DNA from: the human T2T-CHM13v2.0 reference genome, Homo sapiens
Direction: 5' to 3' (one strand)
Assembly: GCF_009914755.1 (NCBI RefSeq)
Contig: NC_060939.1
Length of the DNA: 64,000 nt
In this document: in pieces, positions 1 through 13,119 of the stretch
How positions within the stretch are numbered: position 1 is the first letter of the stretch
Layout: each line of letters begins with the position of its first letter
Translations under genes and position numbers: made by a program
Notes under the pieces: generated by a model
What the model saw: the letters and a program-made list of their open reading frames with translations, nothing else
What the model was told of the DNA's origin: nothing
Databases searched by the model: none

Positions 1-1125
1 TCTCAGTCTGAGGCCAAAGGCCTGAGAATGTGGAGGGATGCAGAAGTAAGTCCTGGAGTCCCAAGGAAGAGAGTCTGTGGTTAAGATGTCCAAGGGCAGG
101 AGGCAGAGAGTGTATCAGCTCCAGGAGAGAGGGAGAGCAAAATCATTCTCATTACTTTTTCATTCTATCAGTACTCCCAGCCCACTGGATCGTGCCTACC
201 CACATAGAGGGTGGATTGTTATAGAATTCAGCTCAGGTCTGCTCACCCAGTACAGTAAGACTAGATACCTACACTGACATTTGCAGTGGGAGAAAAGGAG
301 GTGTTTATCTGGACATTGTGAAGCAAGGCGGATGAGGCAGCTAATGCTTAAGTTCCCACTTCCCCAGTGGCTTGCAGGTAAGGGTTTTTTTAAAGCAGGG
401 GTAAATTTCAGGAAAGCAGAAGTTACTGGCAAAATTATAAATCAGTACATGGAGTTTACACATTGGTTTTGTCCTGAAAAGTCACGATATTTTGAAGCAG
501 GGGCTTACAGGCCATACATAGATTCAAGGGTTTTCTGATTTGTAATTGGTTAAAGAAAAGAGGGTTTGGTTTAAAATTTGGGGGTCGGCAGAAAAAAAAT
601 GTTAGCTCTTTGGCTAATGGATTTGCCTCCCTCTAGGCCCCTCAGGAAGAAATTTAGTACAAAGAATGGCAGTCAGAATTCAGTTTTCAAGCCCCCTTAT
701 CTGAGGTGTACTTGTCAGCAGATGCCTTTGGTGGGGGTCTAGGTTTATGAAAAATGATTGAGGAATGTATGTTAAGATGTGATCTTTAGAACAAAACAAA
801 CATCTTCTGACTGTAACTTCCTTGGTGATTGTTTAGGCTACTATTACCTTCTTGCTTATCAAGTTCCTCATTTCTTTCTCAGTGCTAGCTAGGTACCAGG
901 GATTTCCCTTGAAGGGACTCATGATTTTCCTTTATTTCCCTGCTTGGGGAAGCTACAGGCCCCTAACAAAGGGTCCCTGCTCCATCACAGGATCTTACCC
1001 ACTCTGTCTACCGACTCACATTTCAGACCTTTCTGGTGAAACCTCACCGACCCAGAAATAAAGCTTTGCCAGTGTTCTAGGTGTTCCTTAATACAGTTAG
1101 TTGACTCCTAAAAGTAAACATCACA
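1..1125 (-). mobile_element. MLT2 (ERVL) LTR, split by a younger LTR (pieces 1-216 and 990-1125)
   Basis: The reverse complement of ~1085-1125 reads TGTGATGTTTACTTTTAGGAGTCAACTAACTGTATTAAGG, matching the MLT2 5' end. 1-216 is typical MLT2 body and continues across the insert. Confidence 0.75.
217..989 (-). mobile_element. Solo ERV1 LTR, MER39/MER34-like
   Basis: TG...CA termini and a 4-bp TSD GGAT at 213-216 and 990-993. The minus strand starts TGTGATGGAGCAGGGACCC and contains GGAAATAAAGGAAAATCATGAGTCCCTTCAAGGGAAAT. Confidence 0.75.
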
Positions 1126-2141
1126 TTGGATTTTGCAGTGTTACCCAAGCAGGTTTCTCATGAGGAGTTCAAATTGCTGAGTTAAGGAAAAGCAACCATG
1201 ATTTCCACAGAGTCAAAGTTTGACTGAGAGGTAGTTACTGCTGAATATCTGTGCAGTTCCCACAGGGGACAGTGAGGTGAGATAAAGGTGGTATTCAGCT
1301 GTCTTATATGGAGTAGTCACCTTGAGCAGGTTTCATAAGGGGCTATGTTCAATGACCACCTTGAGGAACGTGGAGGCAGCCAGAAACTGAAAACTGTCAT
1401 GGGTTTCTAAACTCTATTTCTGGTATGAGAATGTCAAAACTATGTAGAAAATGAATGACCAGATGATATAAAATTAAAACAATTCATAGGAACATTTAAA
1501 ATAGGAATTCTAGTCGCCCAATAATAACTCTCTCTCTAATCCTGAGGTAGCAGGTAAATCGAGTTGTTCAACTAATTTGAAACTATAGTTAAGCATGTTT
1601 TCACAATAAGAGACCAGAATACATATGATGAGCCGACAAAATTTTGTACTGAGAAGGCGGCAGTCACAGAGGAAAAATAGTGTGTTCCATTTATTTTAAA
1701 AGGCATATTTTTTACATCTTGCAAATACAGATGAATCATAATATTGTAAAAGACTATTGGTTAGAAGACAGTCATAATGTGATCGACTTTGTGTGCACAC
1801 AAGTGAACTTGATGTAAAAAACTTCCATTTTCACATTCTGGTGGTATCTTTAACATCATAACTTGGAGAGGGACGTTAGTAGATGAGACACATAATCTAA
1901 CAGAAACTCTTATAGTTCTCTCACTACAAATATGGCAACAGCAAAGCTCCTAATTACCAGAGATGATGCTAGTGTAGAAAAAATCCATGGACAAGGTGAG
2001 TTGCACAGTGATTTAGAAGAGTTTTATCCAAATATGAGAAATTTTAGAAAACCTTGATTACCTATTTTGCTTTCACTTTCTATCTCATGTGATCATAGAA
2101 GTGATAAAACATAAATACACACATTTATGTAAGTTCAAAAG

Positions 2142-2726
2142 TGTAAAAAGTAAAACAGAGGTTCCTCTTCAAAGACTTTCCTCCCTATCTCATTAGGAAT
2201 AAATAGTAACTTCTCTTAGAAGCAAAATTTATTCAAAGATCTGTGCTAACATTCTTAAATATCTGCTAGCCATAATAAAGAAATGAATGTACTTTATGTT
2301 CTTAACTCCCACAATTTAGCCTAAATATTTCCCCTGGCATGCTTATACTGGTCCAAGCAAGCATTAGGTCATAGCCTGTTCCTCTTCCTTATTTGAAGGT
2401 GTTTTTACTTTTCTCAGCATTCCAGAAGTTACTTCCTCCTTCCTTTGTTCTCTTCTGCCTTTGCCTCTTTTAAAAAGTTCTAAGTTGCTAGCCAGTCGGG
2501 ACAAATATAGAATGTGAGGTCCTGTTCCAGCCAATGGAAACTGGACACAGCAGTAGGGTGGAAGCATCAGGTTATAAATGACCATGTCTCTTTTGTTCGG
2601 TGTACTCTCATTGCAAAACTGCTGGTGAGTGTACCCTTTCTGCAGAAAATATAAAAATGGCCTTGCTGAGGAAATGATATTCAAGTGCTATTTCTTTATG
2701 GCACCAAGGAACAGGCGTTTCAAATA
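2142..2726 (+). mobile_element. Solo LTR10C-like LTR (HERV-I group)
   Basis: Starts TGTAAAAAGTAAAACAGAGGTTCCTCTTCAAAGACTTTCCTCCC, with CCAAT and TATAAA in the 3' half. The sequence 5' of it (1700-2140) is paralogous to 43360-43810, where this LTR is absent. Confidence 0.8.
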
Positions 2727-5523
2727 AGATATATTATTTTCAACATATACGAGATAAAATTTTTGTGATGTCATATTTTTTCAATAGTTATATGCTTTTG
2801 CTGTGATGTAAAATAATGATGTATTTTACAGTTGATACATATGATACTATTTGCAATTACTTGGAAAAAGCTGTCACTAGTAGCAAATACTGACTTAGTG
2901 TTTAGTGTAGACCCACGTAAAACAAAAATGACTGACACAGATCTCATTCAGTTCAGAGAATTACTTTGCCAAGTTTAAGGATAAAGAAACACAAGTCACA
3001 GTAGGCTCTGTGGCCTGTGCTTTTTCCAAAGAAGGTTTTGCTGACTTCCATATTTATAGGGGCGAGACCAGGGAGGAGTGGATGGAGGATAAAGAAAGGG
3101 GGGAAAGACAGTGAGGCAAGTGTTACATCCTTACGAGGCCTGGATTATCACTCACTGCATCCAGATGTTGCATGTGTAAAGAGGAATGGAGAAAAAGTTG
3201 ATTGTGCATTTGTCTTGTGCGTGGTAGATCTACATTTTACATAAGATAGGCAACCTTGTGAAATTACAGCTGACTCTTTGGGAACAAAAGGAAGGTAGTA
3301 TTAGCATGACTCAGTTCCCAACATTTCCTTTGGCATAGTGAATTTGGGGTTCCAAAATTTTGTTTTCCTTGTTCTTCAAAATATTTCAGAGAAAGCATTT
3401 TAGAAGAAAATGAGTGTTTGGTTATATTTTTTCCCTAATCTTAAACATTAGGATGGTTTATTCCTAGAAAGTTAGGATCCACATTTTTAAGGAGACTCAT
3501 TCTAGAAGGTTGTGAAGAAATAGGGGGAATAAGAAATAAAGGGAAAAGATAAGAAAAAAGAGACACAGCTGGATTATAGCAACAAGGTAGAAACCAATCC
3601 TTGAAAACCGATAGACTATATTACAGAGCAGTCCATATATAACTAGACAGTCATGAAATGTTTTATGTAAATAAATAAGATGCTGTTGTTTCTCCCAAAG
3701 TTTAAGTTTTCTAGTTTCAGTGTGCAGGGCTTTACAAAAAGCACAGTTTTAATTTCTACTAATTCCAAGTCAGAAAAAAATGGAAAAGAAAAAAAAATAA
3801 AACATTGATAATGTTAGTTTGGAGACTTGTAAGCGGCAAAGAATTTAGGATCCAGTCTAGCTAAATTGTAGACAAATGATAAAACTGGAAAGCAATGAAC
3901 AGGGTGAGAATTCAGTAAAAGATGTACTATAGTTTCATTTGAAATACATTTTTCTTTTTATAGTCTTCCATTTTTACTAAAGAAAAATCATAATAAGACC
4001 AATTTATTTCCGAAATAAGTTTTCATTTTATTGTACTAGGCCTGATTATTTTCACAAAGTGCAGCAACAGTATTTTTTTTCCTTATAGGCTGTTTTAATT
4101 TGGCATTGATGGAACCTTTTTTTAAACAAAGTGTCTAAGATTTGACTTTTCAAAAAACCCCTCAAGCTCAAACAAGGATTTATTGTGCTTGCAAATAACT
4201 GTATGAACTGGGTGAATTCCTCTCACCTTGAGGTCGCAAGATTACTTGGAGTTCCTAGGCCTGTCAGAAAGTAACATGCTTTTCTTACCACAGGTTAGAA
4301 AATCTGTAAGGAAAATGCATAGAGAAGGTACAAGGCCAGTCTCTCCAAGGGAATTTTATTGGCTGTATTATTCAACCTAAATTTCTCAAAGCAATCTGCT
4401 CATAGATGAAAATATGCTATTCCAGCGAAAGCCTTGGCAAGGTAACTAGTGTCTCCAATTGTGTCCCGATCCAAAAAAAAAAAAAAATCTTATTGATGAT
4501 ATGCAAATAACTTATAGTACCATAAATTAAGAATATTCAGAAATAGTTTTCAAATTCTGGGGAAATCAGGTAAGAGAAAGAAGTATACTTAAAATTTTTC
4601 TCTAAAGAGTATACCATATTCAATTGTTAAAAACTATAAATATCTAAGAAAAAAGTTTTCTTTACTCTGAAAAAGGAAAGAAAAATAGTCATCAATGTTT
4701 CAGACAAAAAGTCCTAAAAAATTGTTTCAGTGTTCAGTTACTTCAGTCCCACATAATTACCTTGTTCTACTTTATATGGGCTTAGCAATCCTCATGAACA
4801 CATCAGCCTGTTAATTAGAATCCTGGGAGTTTTGTTGTTTTTATTGTTGTTGTTTTCATTAGTACAATGGCACAATCTCCAAAGTTATCAGAAACCTAAA
4901 TTCAAGAAAACCTATCAGAATCATTTTCATGAACTCCCCTAAAGAAGCAAGTTTTGCGCCAGTGGTTTTTTATAAACTATGTATTGAGAATACTCAAAGG
5001 AAAACAACAATTGTGAATGAAAAACTCTTAGGACAGTCATAGTTACAGGTACAGTCAATAAGAAATTTGGATATTTCAGTGTCATACAACAATTTGACAT
5101 AATAATCATAATTATTACTGATAACATATAGTAAGGCATGTCAGAATTATTGGCATCTCATATGATTTTGGAGCACATGCTAATATTTAGGTAAATACAA
5201 CTCAAAGAAAGTTAAATATTCATCCATGCTTCCTGTATGATTTTAACATATTAAATATGGCTAATGTGTCCCTGTTGGACTTCAGGTGACCTAATATTCA
5301 AAAAATTAGGTCACTAAGGCTGAATTAGAATTTGATTTGGAAAGTTTGTCAAATATCAAAGGTTTGAAACACTTGATGTTACAAAATAAAATCACCAATC
5401 ACGATGAAATAAATTACTCATTATGCCAAAATGATATTTTAAATATTTCTAAAAAGCAAAAAACCTTTTTCTTTGATATAGAGAAAGGAGATTCAGTTTC
5501 TCAAATAATAAGGTCTAATATCA

Positions 5524-5824
5524 GGCTGAGTGCACTGCTTGTGCCTGTAATTCCATTGCTTTGGGAGGCCAACCTGGGAAGATCATTTGAGCCCAGGAGT
5601 TCAAGACGAGCCTGGGCAATATAGTGAGACCTCGTCTCTACAAAAAAGAAATCTGTAAATTATCTGGTTGTATTGGTGTGTGCCTGTGGTCCTAGCTACT
5701 ACAGAGTCTGAGGAAAGAGGGTCACTTGAACCCATGAAGTGGAGGTTGCAGTGAGCCAAGATCACACCACTGCACTCCAGCCTGGGTGACAGAGTGAGAC
5801 CCTGTCTCAGAAAAACAAACAAAA
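5524..5824 (+). mobile_element. AluJ
   Basis: Dimeric Alu with J-type GAGCCCAGGAGTTCAAGAC...GGGCAATATAGTGAGACC and an A-rich tail. Confidence 0.9.
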
Positions 5825-6368
5825 CTACCCTGAAAAAATGAAAATCCAGTAAGAACTAATAAATACAGTGTGAGACCAACTGAACTTACTCCCCTCTTCT
5901 TTTTTTGCAATTTGCCCAAAAGGCAAACAAAAATCTTTCAGTCTCTCTTAATATTAAGCAAAATCCTGGTTCAAAAAAGAAAACCAACTTTACCTTTGCA
6001 TGGTGTGGTATTAATACTAAAGCAATTTTAATAAAATTTTATAGATGAATTCATCAAATCTGAATCAGTTTAATCATAAGGTACAATTTAAGAAATGCTT
6101 GTTAATATTTTACTATTTTCTACTGAGGAGCAGATAAGTTCTCTGAGAAAATCATGTCCAGATACTGGGCTTGCATAAGTGTGCTTTTTAATGTTCAATT
6201 TATAGAAAGACTAAATAATACCCTTTAAATTTCAACCCACTTGGTCACACACAATATTTCTTTTGTAAGATCAATCTGCTACAAATCTACAATTCCATCG
6301 AACTTTCAGTTTTCTCCTATCATTTTCCCTTAGAACAACCAAAAAATTTCTTTCCAAGTTTCCTTTAC

Positions 6369-6669
6369 CTTTTTTTTTTTGAGACAAGGTCTCCCTCTAT
6401 CACCTGGGCTGGAATGCAGTGACACAATCATAGCTTACTATAGCTTCAAATTCCTAGCCTCAAGCAGTCCTCCCACCTCAGCCTCTTGAGTAGCTGAGAC
6501 AACAGGCACACACTACTGTGCCTGGCTCATTTTTTTTCTGTTTTTTTTGTAGATATGGTGTCTCACTTTGTTGCCCAGGCTGGTCACAAACTGCTGGCTT
6601 CATGTAGTCCTCCCATTTTGGCCTCCAAAAGTGCTGGGATTACAGGAAAGAACCACCACACGAAGCCCC
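6369..6669 (-). mobile_element. AluJ
   Basis: T-run followed by GAGACAAGGTCTC...ATCATAGCTTACT...CTCAAGCAGTCCTCCC. Confidence 0.9.
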
Positions 6670-8969
6670 AACTTTCTGTATCCATTTAGCTTTATCCATC
6701 AATTTGTCTTCAATTTAAAGACAATTTGAAAACCTCTACAGTAGACAAAATGACTTTCGCTTTGTAAGGAAAACACATTTCTCATACCTTTCTATAGCAA
6801 TTTTTTTTCTAAAAACACATCTCAATTTTATTATACACTTTGGATGCATCTAGTAGATTTAATTATATATGTTAATTGTAATGTTACCCCTCAGTAACTC
6901 TTATTTTTAGTGAAAAAATCTAGGAAGTAAGAAATTTTCCTTATGTATCAGGTGCAGAGCCAGGGACAAAAGACACAGCTGCCAATAACGTCTGACCCTT
7001 CCCAGTGTAGTCAGAGGGCACAGCTAGGCTAGGGAGAACACTGTATGTCCCCTGACTTACTATGGCTATAAGAAAGACAAGTCAAACAATTATTTAAAAT
7101 ATCACAGCAGTTTATGGCCCTAAAACTTCCAGCAAAAGCAGTATCTGACTTGCCCGACCATTTCAGACCAAATATCTAAATTAAATTCTGAAAATATTTC
7201 TATTTTATTTTACCAATTATTTTGTTTTAGGTTTGAGGTACATTTGCAGGTTTGTAATACAGGTAAATTGTGTGTCAAGAGGTTTGGTGTACAATTTTGG
7301 AACACACACTAACACATGTATGTGCATTGAACCCAAAGAAAGTTAAATATTTGACCATGGACTTTAATCAAGGGTATGTCTTCTGAATTTAAAGCAATGC
7401 TAATAGATTTTAATGTACAGAGCCAGAATTCTCAAGGACAGTCATGATGCTATTGTAAGTCATTTGTAAAATTTTATTTTCTAATCAATTATTAAGAATA
7501 TGAGGTCTCTAAAATCTTTTTTATGTATCTCCAGTCAAAACTTTGTAGAGGAGACAAACAGTGATTTTTAACAAAACAGTAACAAAAAGTGATTGCACAA
7601 TTTACATAAGTTGAGATCTTTGAACCTAAGAATTTGTAACTGGCTAAGAAGAAAGCTAGACTCAAAGCCACCAAATCCAATTTAAAAACCCCCAGCCAGC
7701 TCCTTACTTGGAGATGCTGGCCCAAGCGGAAGACTGCGCTCTGCCTCCTCAGAAGCAGCAAACTCCCAGAGAGGGAGTTCTACAAGAGAACATACCTCAG
7801 ACCTCCAGCAAAAAGTTTGGGAGATCAGGGATCTCTGTAGGGGGAGGCTCCCAGACCTCAGCAAATCATCCAATCAGTCAGAGCAATACAAAGCTTCCAG
7901 TTGGCTGTACCAGGGCCCTGCTAGGAGAGTTGCTGCAGGCCAAAGGGCCAAACTCTGCACAGAATTCATTGTGGTTTCCAAAATGTAAACCAAAAAGTGA
8001 CTGAGGCAGGTCTCAATAAATTTAGAGCTAGATCTTGCCAACGTTGAGGATGTTCATGGGAAAAAGAAACAAAAGTTACAGCAGGATCTGTGATCTGTGC
8101 TTTTTCCAAAGAGAGTTTTGATGGCTTAAGCATTTAAAGGAGGAAAAGTGAGCAGTACAGGGAGGAGCGAAAAAGAAGCAAAAAGGGCTAGGCACTGAGG
8201 CAAGCGTTTGCATTCTGGTGAGGCTTTGATTAGCACTGACTGAAACCACATTTGATATGTGAAAATAGAGGAGTGGGGGATAAAGTTGATTATGCATTCA
8301 TCTCATGTTTACTGGATCTACATTTTGCATAAGATAAAGTGACCATGTATAATTACAGCTATCTATTTGGGAAAAAAGGGAAGTCAGTTTTTGTGTGACC
8401 CGATTCCCAAGCCTAACTTTCCCATTGGGCATAGTGATTTAGTGTCCTGAGATTTTATTTTCCTTTCAAACCTGCTATTAGTCTACACATTTTGTGTATG
8501 AGTGCATTAAGTTGTCACAGCATCTCAAGAGGTACACACTACTGTGACCTTCTGAAAGTTCTAACTCTGAATCTGAGCTAAAGCCCTACAGGAAAAGACT
8601 TAGAACAACCTTGAGCTTGACCCAGTGTCCCTACTCATATCAACTATGTTAGAATAGCATTTCTCTCTTAGAGTAAACACTTTCTAGGTGCTTTTTAAGA
8701 ATTCCTCACGTACACTATTATAATAAAATTCTTTTCCTATGTTAAATTCTAAATACTCTATTTAATTCTTTTTTCTATGGAGGTCTATAATCTACCTGAA
8801 GTTGATTTTGCACATGAGTTTAAAAGTAAATTTTATTTTTCCAGATGGATATTCAGTGTCCTGAAATATTTATTGAAAATTCATTTTTTCCCATTAATTT
8901 TTCTTTTGGATTATTTGTTTATACATGCATCTGTCAGATTTTCAACTCTTTTTTATTTTTATTGATTCT

Positions 8970-9300
8970 TCTTCTTTTTTTTTTTTTTTTTTTGAGAAGG
9001 AGTTTCACTCTGTTGTCCAGGCTGGAGTGTGATGTTGTGATCTCTGCTCACTGCAACCTCCGCCTCCTGGGTTCAAGCAATTCTTATGCCTCAGCCTCCT
9101 GAGTAGCTAGGATTATAGATGCATGCCACCACACTCAGCTAGTTTTTTGTTTTTTGTTTTGTTTTGTTTTGTTTGTATTTTTAGTAGAGATGGGATTTCC
9201 CCATGTTGGTCAGGCTGGTCTCGAACTCCTGACCTCATGATCCATCTGCCTTGGCCTCCCAAAGTGCTGGGATTACAGGCGTAAGCCACCATGCCTGGCC
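8970..9300 (-). mobile_element. AluS
   Basis: Full antisense Alu with TSD TATTGATTC at 8960-8968 and 9301-9309. Confidence 0.92.
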
Positions 9301-9498
9301 TATTGATTCCTCTATCTGTGCTCAAATATTACATCTTCTTATTTTTTGGAGAGTTCATTTCACACTAGAAATTTCCCTCCAGAGACTGTTCTCTTCATCA
9401 CTGTGCTACTGAAGACAAAGAAGGATAAAACCTTGCATGTCTTGCATTTACATTAATATTCCCAGCTGTACTTCGAAAAAACAGCAGGTCATAGAACC

Positions 9499-9923
9499 TG
9501 TGGAGACAAAATGACCCATCTTGGATGCTAGTCCACCATGTTACTTCTGATTTGCCCCAGTTCCACGAATGCCTTCTGATCTCTCAATTATTTACTGTCC
9601 TTAGTGTAAAATCATGTCAACCTGGGTGTTACCACAAAAATTAGAGGCTATGATGCATGTAGCCTCCTTTTCCATTGTGGAGGGTTGTTTTTAATTGCCT
9701 TGCCAAAGCAAGTATACCCTTTCCCTGTGGAGTATTAACCCTGGGTCTGGAGAGTAACAGTGTGAACAGCTACCTACCTGCAGCCATCCAAGGTTATGCT
9801 TCTGTGTGTAAGTTCCATCAATAAATTAACCAGTACTGACTAAATGGATTTTCAGCCTTCTTTAATTTTCCGATCCTTTGGCATTTGAGAGTTGTTTTGT
9901 GTATACGGCCCTTTAACAGAGCA
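9499..9923 (+). mobile_element. LTR47-type 5' LTR
   Basis: Starts TGTGGAGACAAAATGACCCATCTTGGATGCTAGTCCACCATGTTACTTCTGATT, has AATAAA near 9820, and is followed by a PBS-like TGGCCAGCCAGGA. Confidence 0.7.
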
Positions 9924-12900
9924 AATGGCCAGCCAGGAAACCAAAGTATGGACAAGGGGAAAGAAGCATCTGTGGAGGAAGTTTTACAAGCGACCCTCCT
10001 CATCCATGTGGGTGGCGTTGCCCATATGCTCCACGTCTTTTGGCCACTATGTGTGTTTGAGAGCACCTCAAAAGTGACAGAGGGTGTAGAAAGCTTGTTA
10101 GTAAAATGCTACTAAAAAGTATGACTCACAGTGGTGAGAAAGGTTGCCAAGCAGTGCCAGCAGTGAGTTTGCTACTGTTATTTTCTATGCGAGTGGTCAC
10201 AAAAGCACAGGTAGCAGCTGAGGCAAGTGTAGGGAAGCTAGGAAAAGAATCGCAGTGAGAAAGGGATGGAACTTCCATGTCTGTGCTAATGTCTGGTTTT
10301 TTGGATAAACTTGAAACTCAAGAGGCACAGTTGGAAATCGTACCTTGCCACTTTGTGTGGCTGAGAGAGAGAAAGCTGTGCCAGCTGAATGTGTGGACTC
10401 TCCTTGCCAAGCCAGGCTGGGATGCAAATACCTGCAATTCTTGGGAACCAACCAGTGAGCCAGATGATGACATAGAGTTTAACTCAGAGGAGGAAGATCA
10501 TTATCCTCCCCATTTGAGGTTGAAACTGTTCATGCAGTGGAAAGCAAAATTCCAATACACACAGGCATGGTTAGGATTACTGGATATAGCAAAAACTTTT
10601 AAACAGCTGCCAAGAGAAAGCCTTATGTACATGAGTGGTGCAGCTGTGGGACACCAGTGGGGATGGTATCTCCCTAGAAGGGAATGAACCTGAAAAATCG
10701 AGATAGAAGTACCCCCGGAAGTGAAATAATCCCCTTATGGGATAAGTTATAGGGAAAGCCATTTCAGATTTCCTAGAAACTCAAAAGGGAAGAGATTAGG
10801 TCTGACTGGTTGCTAAAGGAAAATGGAAAAAGGGAGAAACAAAGTTTGCTGGATTGAAAAAAGGAGTTAAAAAAGGCGCAATTAGTGTTACTAGGAAACA
10901 AATGTGGTATGATCTGATTTCAGCTGGGATTGACAAAGAGAATACAGATTGGCAACCCAATGGCATATTAGTGGGGTTTGGAAAGACCTGACTCCTGATC
11001 AGTAGTTTAGACCCCTTCTTAGTAACCCCCCTCCACCAGAAGAGGGAGAAAGACAAGAAGAAACCCTTGGTAAAAGGATCCCAATCTCTGCAATTCAGGG
11101 GTGGACTTCTTTCCAGCCTGGAGATCATAGGTAGGGTCAAGGCTGCTTCTGTGTAAGAGCAATAGGGGGTGACCAGAGGCCATATTTGGAGCTCACTGTT
11201 GATTGGAGAACCTTAGCTTTAGTGGGCACAGGTGCAGAATGTGTCTGAATTGATGGAAATCGAGAGACACCCTGGTAAGTGGGAAGCTATAGATGGTTGT
11301 GAGGGTTTAAAAATCTGAAACAAACTCCTCTCCTCCTTAGTTTTGTCTGGAGTTCCCACCTTGCTTACTCTCCTGTCTTTAACTTATCTATTTCAGAAAA
11401 CATCTTGATGGATGTCTTCTTAGGATTCACTTCACAAACATCTGTGGGGGAATTTCACCCATGACAAAGGCTATATTAAGAGGGGAAGCAAAATGGGAAG
11501 GTGTACACCTCCCTCCCCAACAATGTATTGTTAATGTGAGAAAATATAATCTTCCTGGTAGAATACAAGAAGTCACAGCCACCATGGAGAAACTGGCGAA
11601 AGTTAATATTATCCAGCCAGCCCAGAGTCCTTTCAACCATCCTGTATGACAACTAAGAAAATCTGATGGCACTTGGATATGACAGTAGACAACTGGACAC
11701 TACTAATCTTTCCAAGATACATGCTACTGTGTGTAATATAACTCAAGTGATTGAGGAATTAATACAAAACATAGGCACTTATCATGCTGTGTTAGATTTA
11801 GCTAATGCCTTCTTAAGCATCCCTTTTACCCTGACTTGCAGGCATTCTGTGGATGATATTCTGGCTTCTGAAGACTTGTCATTGCTACAGCAACACCGAG
11901 ATGCATTGGCACTCTTCAATCCAGAGGATGGGCCATCAACGCACAAAAGTGGAAGGCTTGGACTAGCTGCAAAGTTCCTATGGATCACTTGGCCTGGTAA
12001 GACACACCTTACTTTAGGCTTGGTCATTGAAAAAATACAACAGTTTTCCATACCTGAAGCAGTTAAACAGTTTCAAAGTTTCCTAGGTCTTTTGGGATAT
12101 TGGTGGTCTTTCATCTCGTATTTATCTCAGTGTTTGCCTCCCCTATACTGACTATTAAAGAAGCAATCTAAGCTGGGCACGGTAGCTCACACCTGTAATC
12201 CCAGCACTTTGGGAGACCATGGCGGGTAGATCACTTGAGGCCAGGAGTTTGAGACCAGCGTGGCCAACATGGTGAAACCTCCTCTCTATTAAAAATACAA
12301 AAAATTATCCAGGCATGGTGATTCATACCTGTAATCCCAGTTACTTGTGTGGCTGAGGCATGAGAGTTGTTTGAACCTGGGAGGCAGAGGATTTAGTGAG
12401 CTGAGATCATGTCACTGCACTCCAACCTGGGTGACAAGAAAGAGAGACCCTGTCTCAAAAAAAAAAAAAGAAAGAAAGAAAGAAAAAGGTATCTAGGATA
12501 AAGAACAAGTGGTAGTAATTTGAGAAAGCTAAAATACTGATGGCTCAGGCACAAGCTCTAGTTCCCCCCTTCCGGGATACCAGTGTCTTTAGATGTGACT
12601 GTAAACTCTGAAGGGACAAGACAGGTCCTCTGGCACGTTCAGCATGGGAAAGCAGTTCTTCTGAGATTCTGGTCACAGCTATGGAAATGTGCTGAAACCC
12701 AGTATTCTCCAATTGAACAACAGGTTCTGGGAGCGTGTAAGGCCATGCAGCACATTGAGCCTGTAACTGATCATCTGCCAGTAACAATGAGAACAGATCT
12801 CTCCATTAAGGGCTGGATAGAAGGGTTGTTTTCCAGGCCTATATCAGCTATTTCTCAAGCCTTCATTATACAGAAGTGGCATGCATACCTGCAACAATGT

Positions 12901-13115
12901 AGTGCCCTTTCCATGAGTCCCTTGAGAGATGCATGCTAATAGGTACAGGACACTATGAAACCAGTGCTGCCCCTGTTGTGGAGCCCCTGCAGGAGATGCC
13001 GCCAGTAATATACGAAGGCACATCTCCATTCTTGAAAATGCTTGGCACTTAGATGGGTGGAGCTGAGGTAACCCTTGTGTATAGATGACAGTAACTGTAC
13101 AGTTGCAGACAAATA
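9924..13115 (+). pseudogene. Class III (ERVL47-like) internal region with defective gag-pro-pol; truncated in RNase H, no 3' LTR
   Basis: Protease motif LALVGTGAEC at ~11212-11243 (DTG mutated). RT fragments IIQPAQSPFNHPV, YHAVLDLANAFLSIP, VDDIL and QSFLGLLGYW (11461-12151). Tether region FWSQLWKCAETQYSPIEQQVL (12583-12939). Multiple stops and frameshifts. Confidence 0.85.
12171..12488 (+). mobile_element. AluS (Sz-like) inserted in ERV pol
   Basis: Full Alu containing GATCACTTGAGGCCAGGAG, with an A tail. Pol homology continues on both sides. Confidence 0.9.
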
Positions 13116-13119
13116 CTGT

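Larger units (their letters stand above)
2916..8470 (-). mobile_element. MER4 provirus: 5' LTR 7984-8470, non-coding MER4-int, 3' LTR 2916-~3372
   Basis: Two diverged homologous LTRs, both with gtaaa.caaaaa.tgactga...tgtgctttttccaaaga...ggcatagtga...ttttcctt. A decayed primer-binding site TTTTGGAAACCAC follows the 5' LTR on the minus strand. The AT-rich internal region is typical of MER4-int. Confidence 0.8.

Noticed and set aside
2322-2345. p53 element known from some LTR10 subfamilies
   Set aside because: Only one imperfect half-site (TGGCATGCTT) is visible; the adjacent half lacks the CWWG core.
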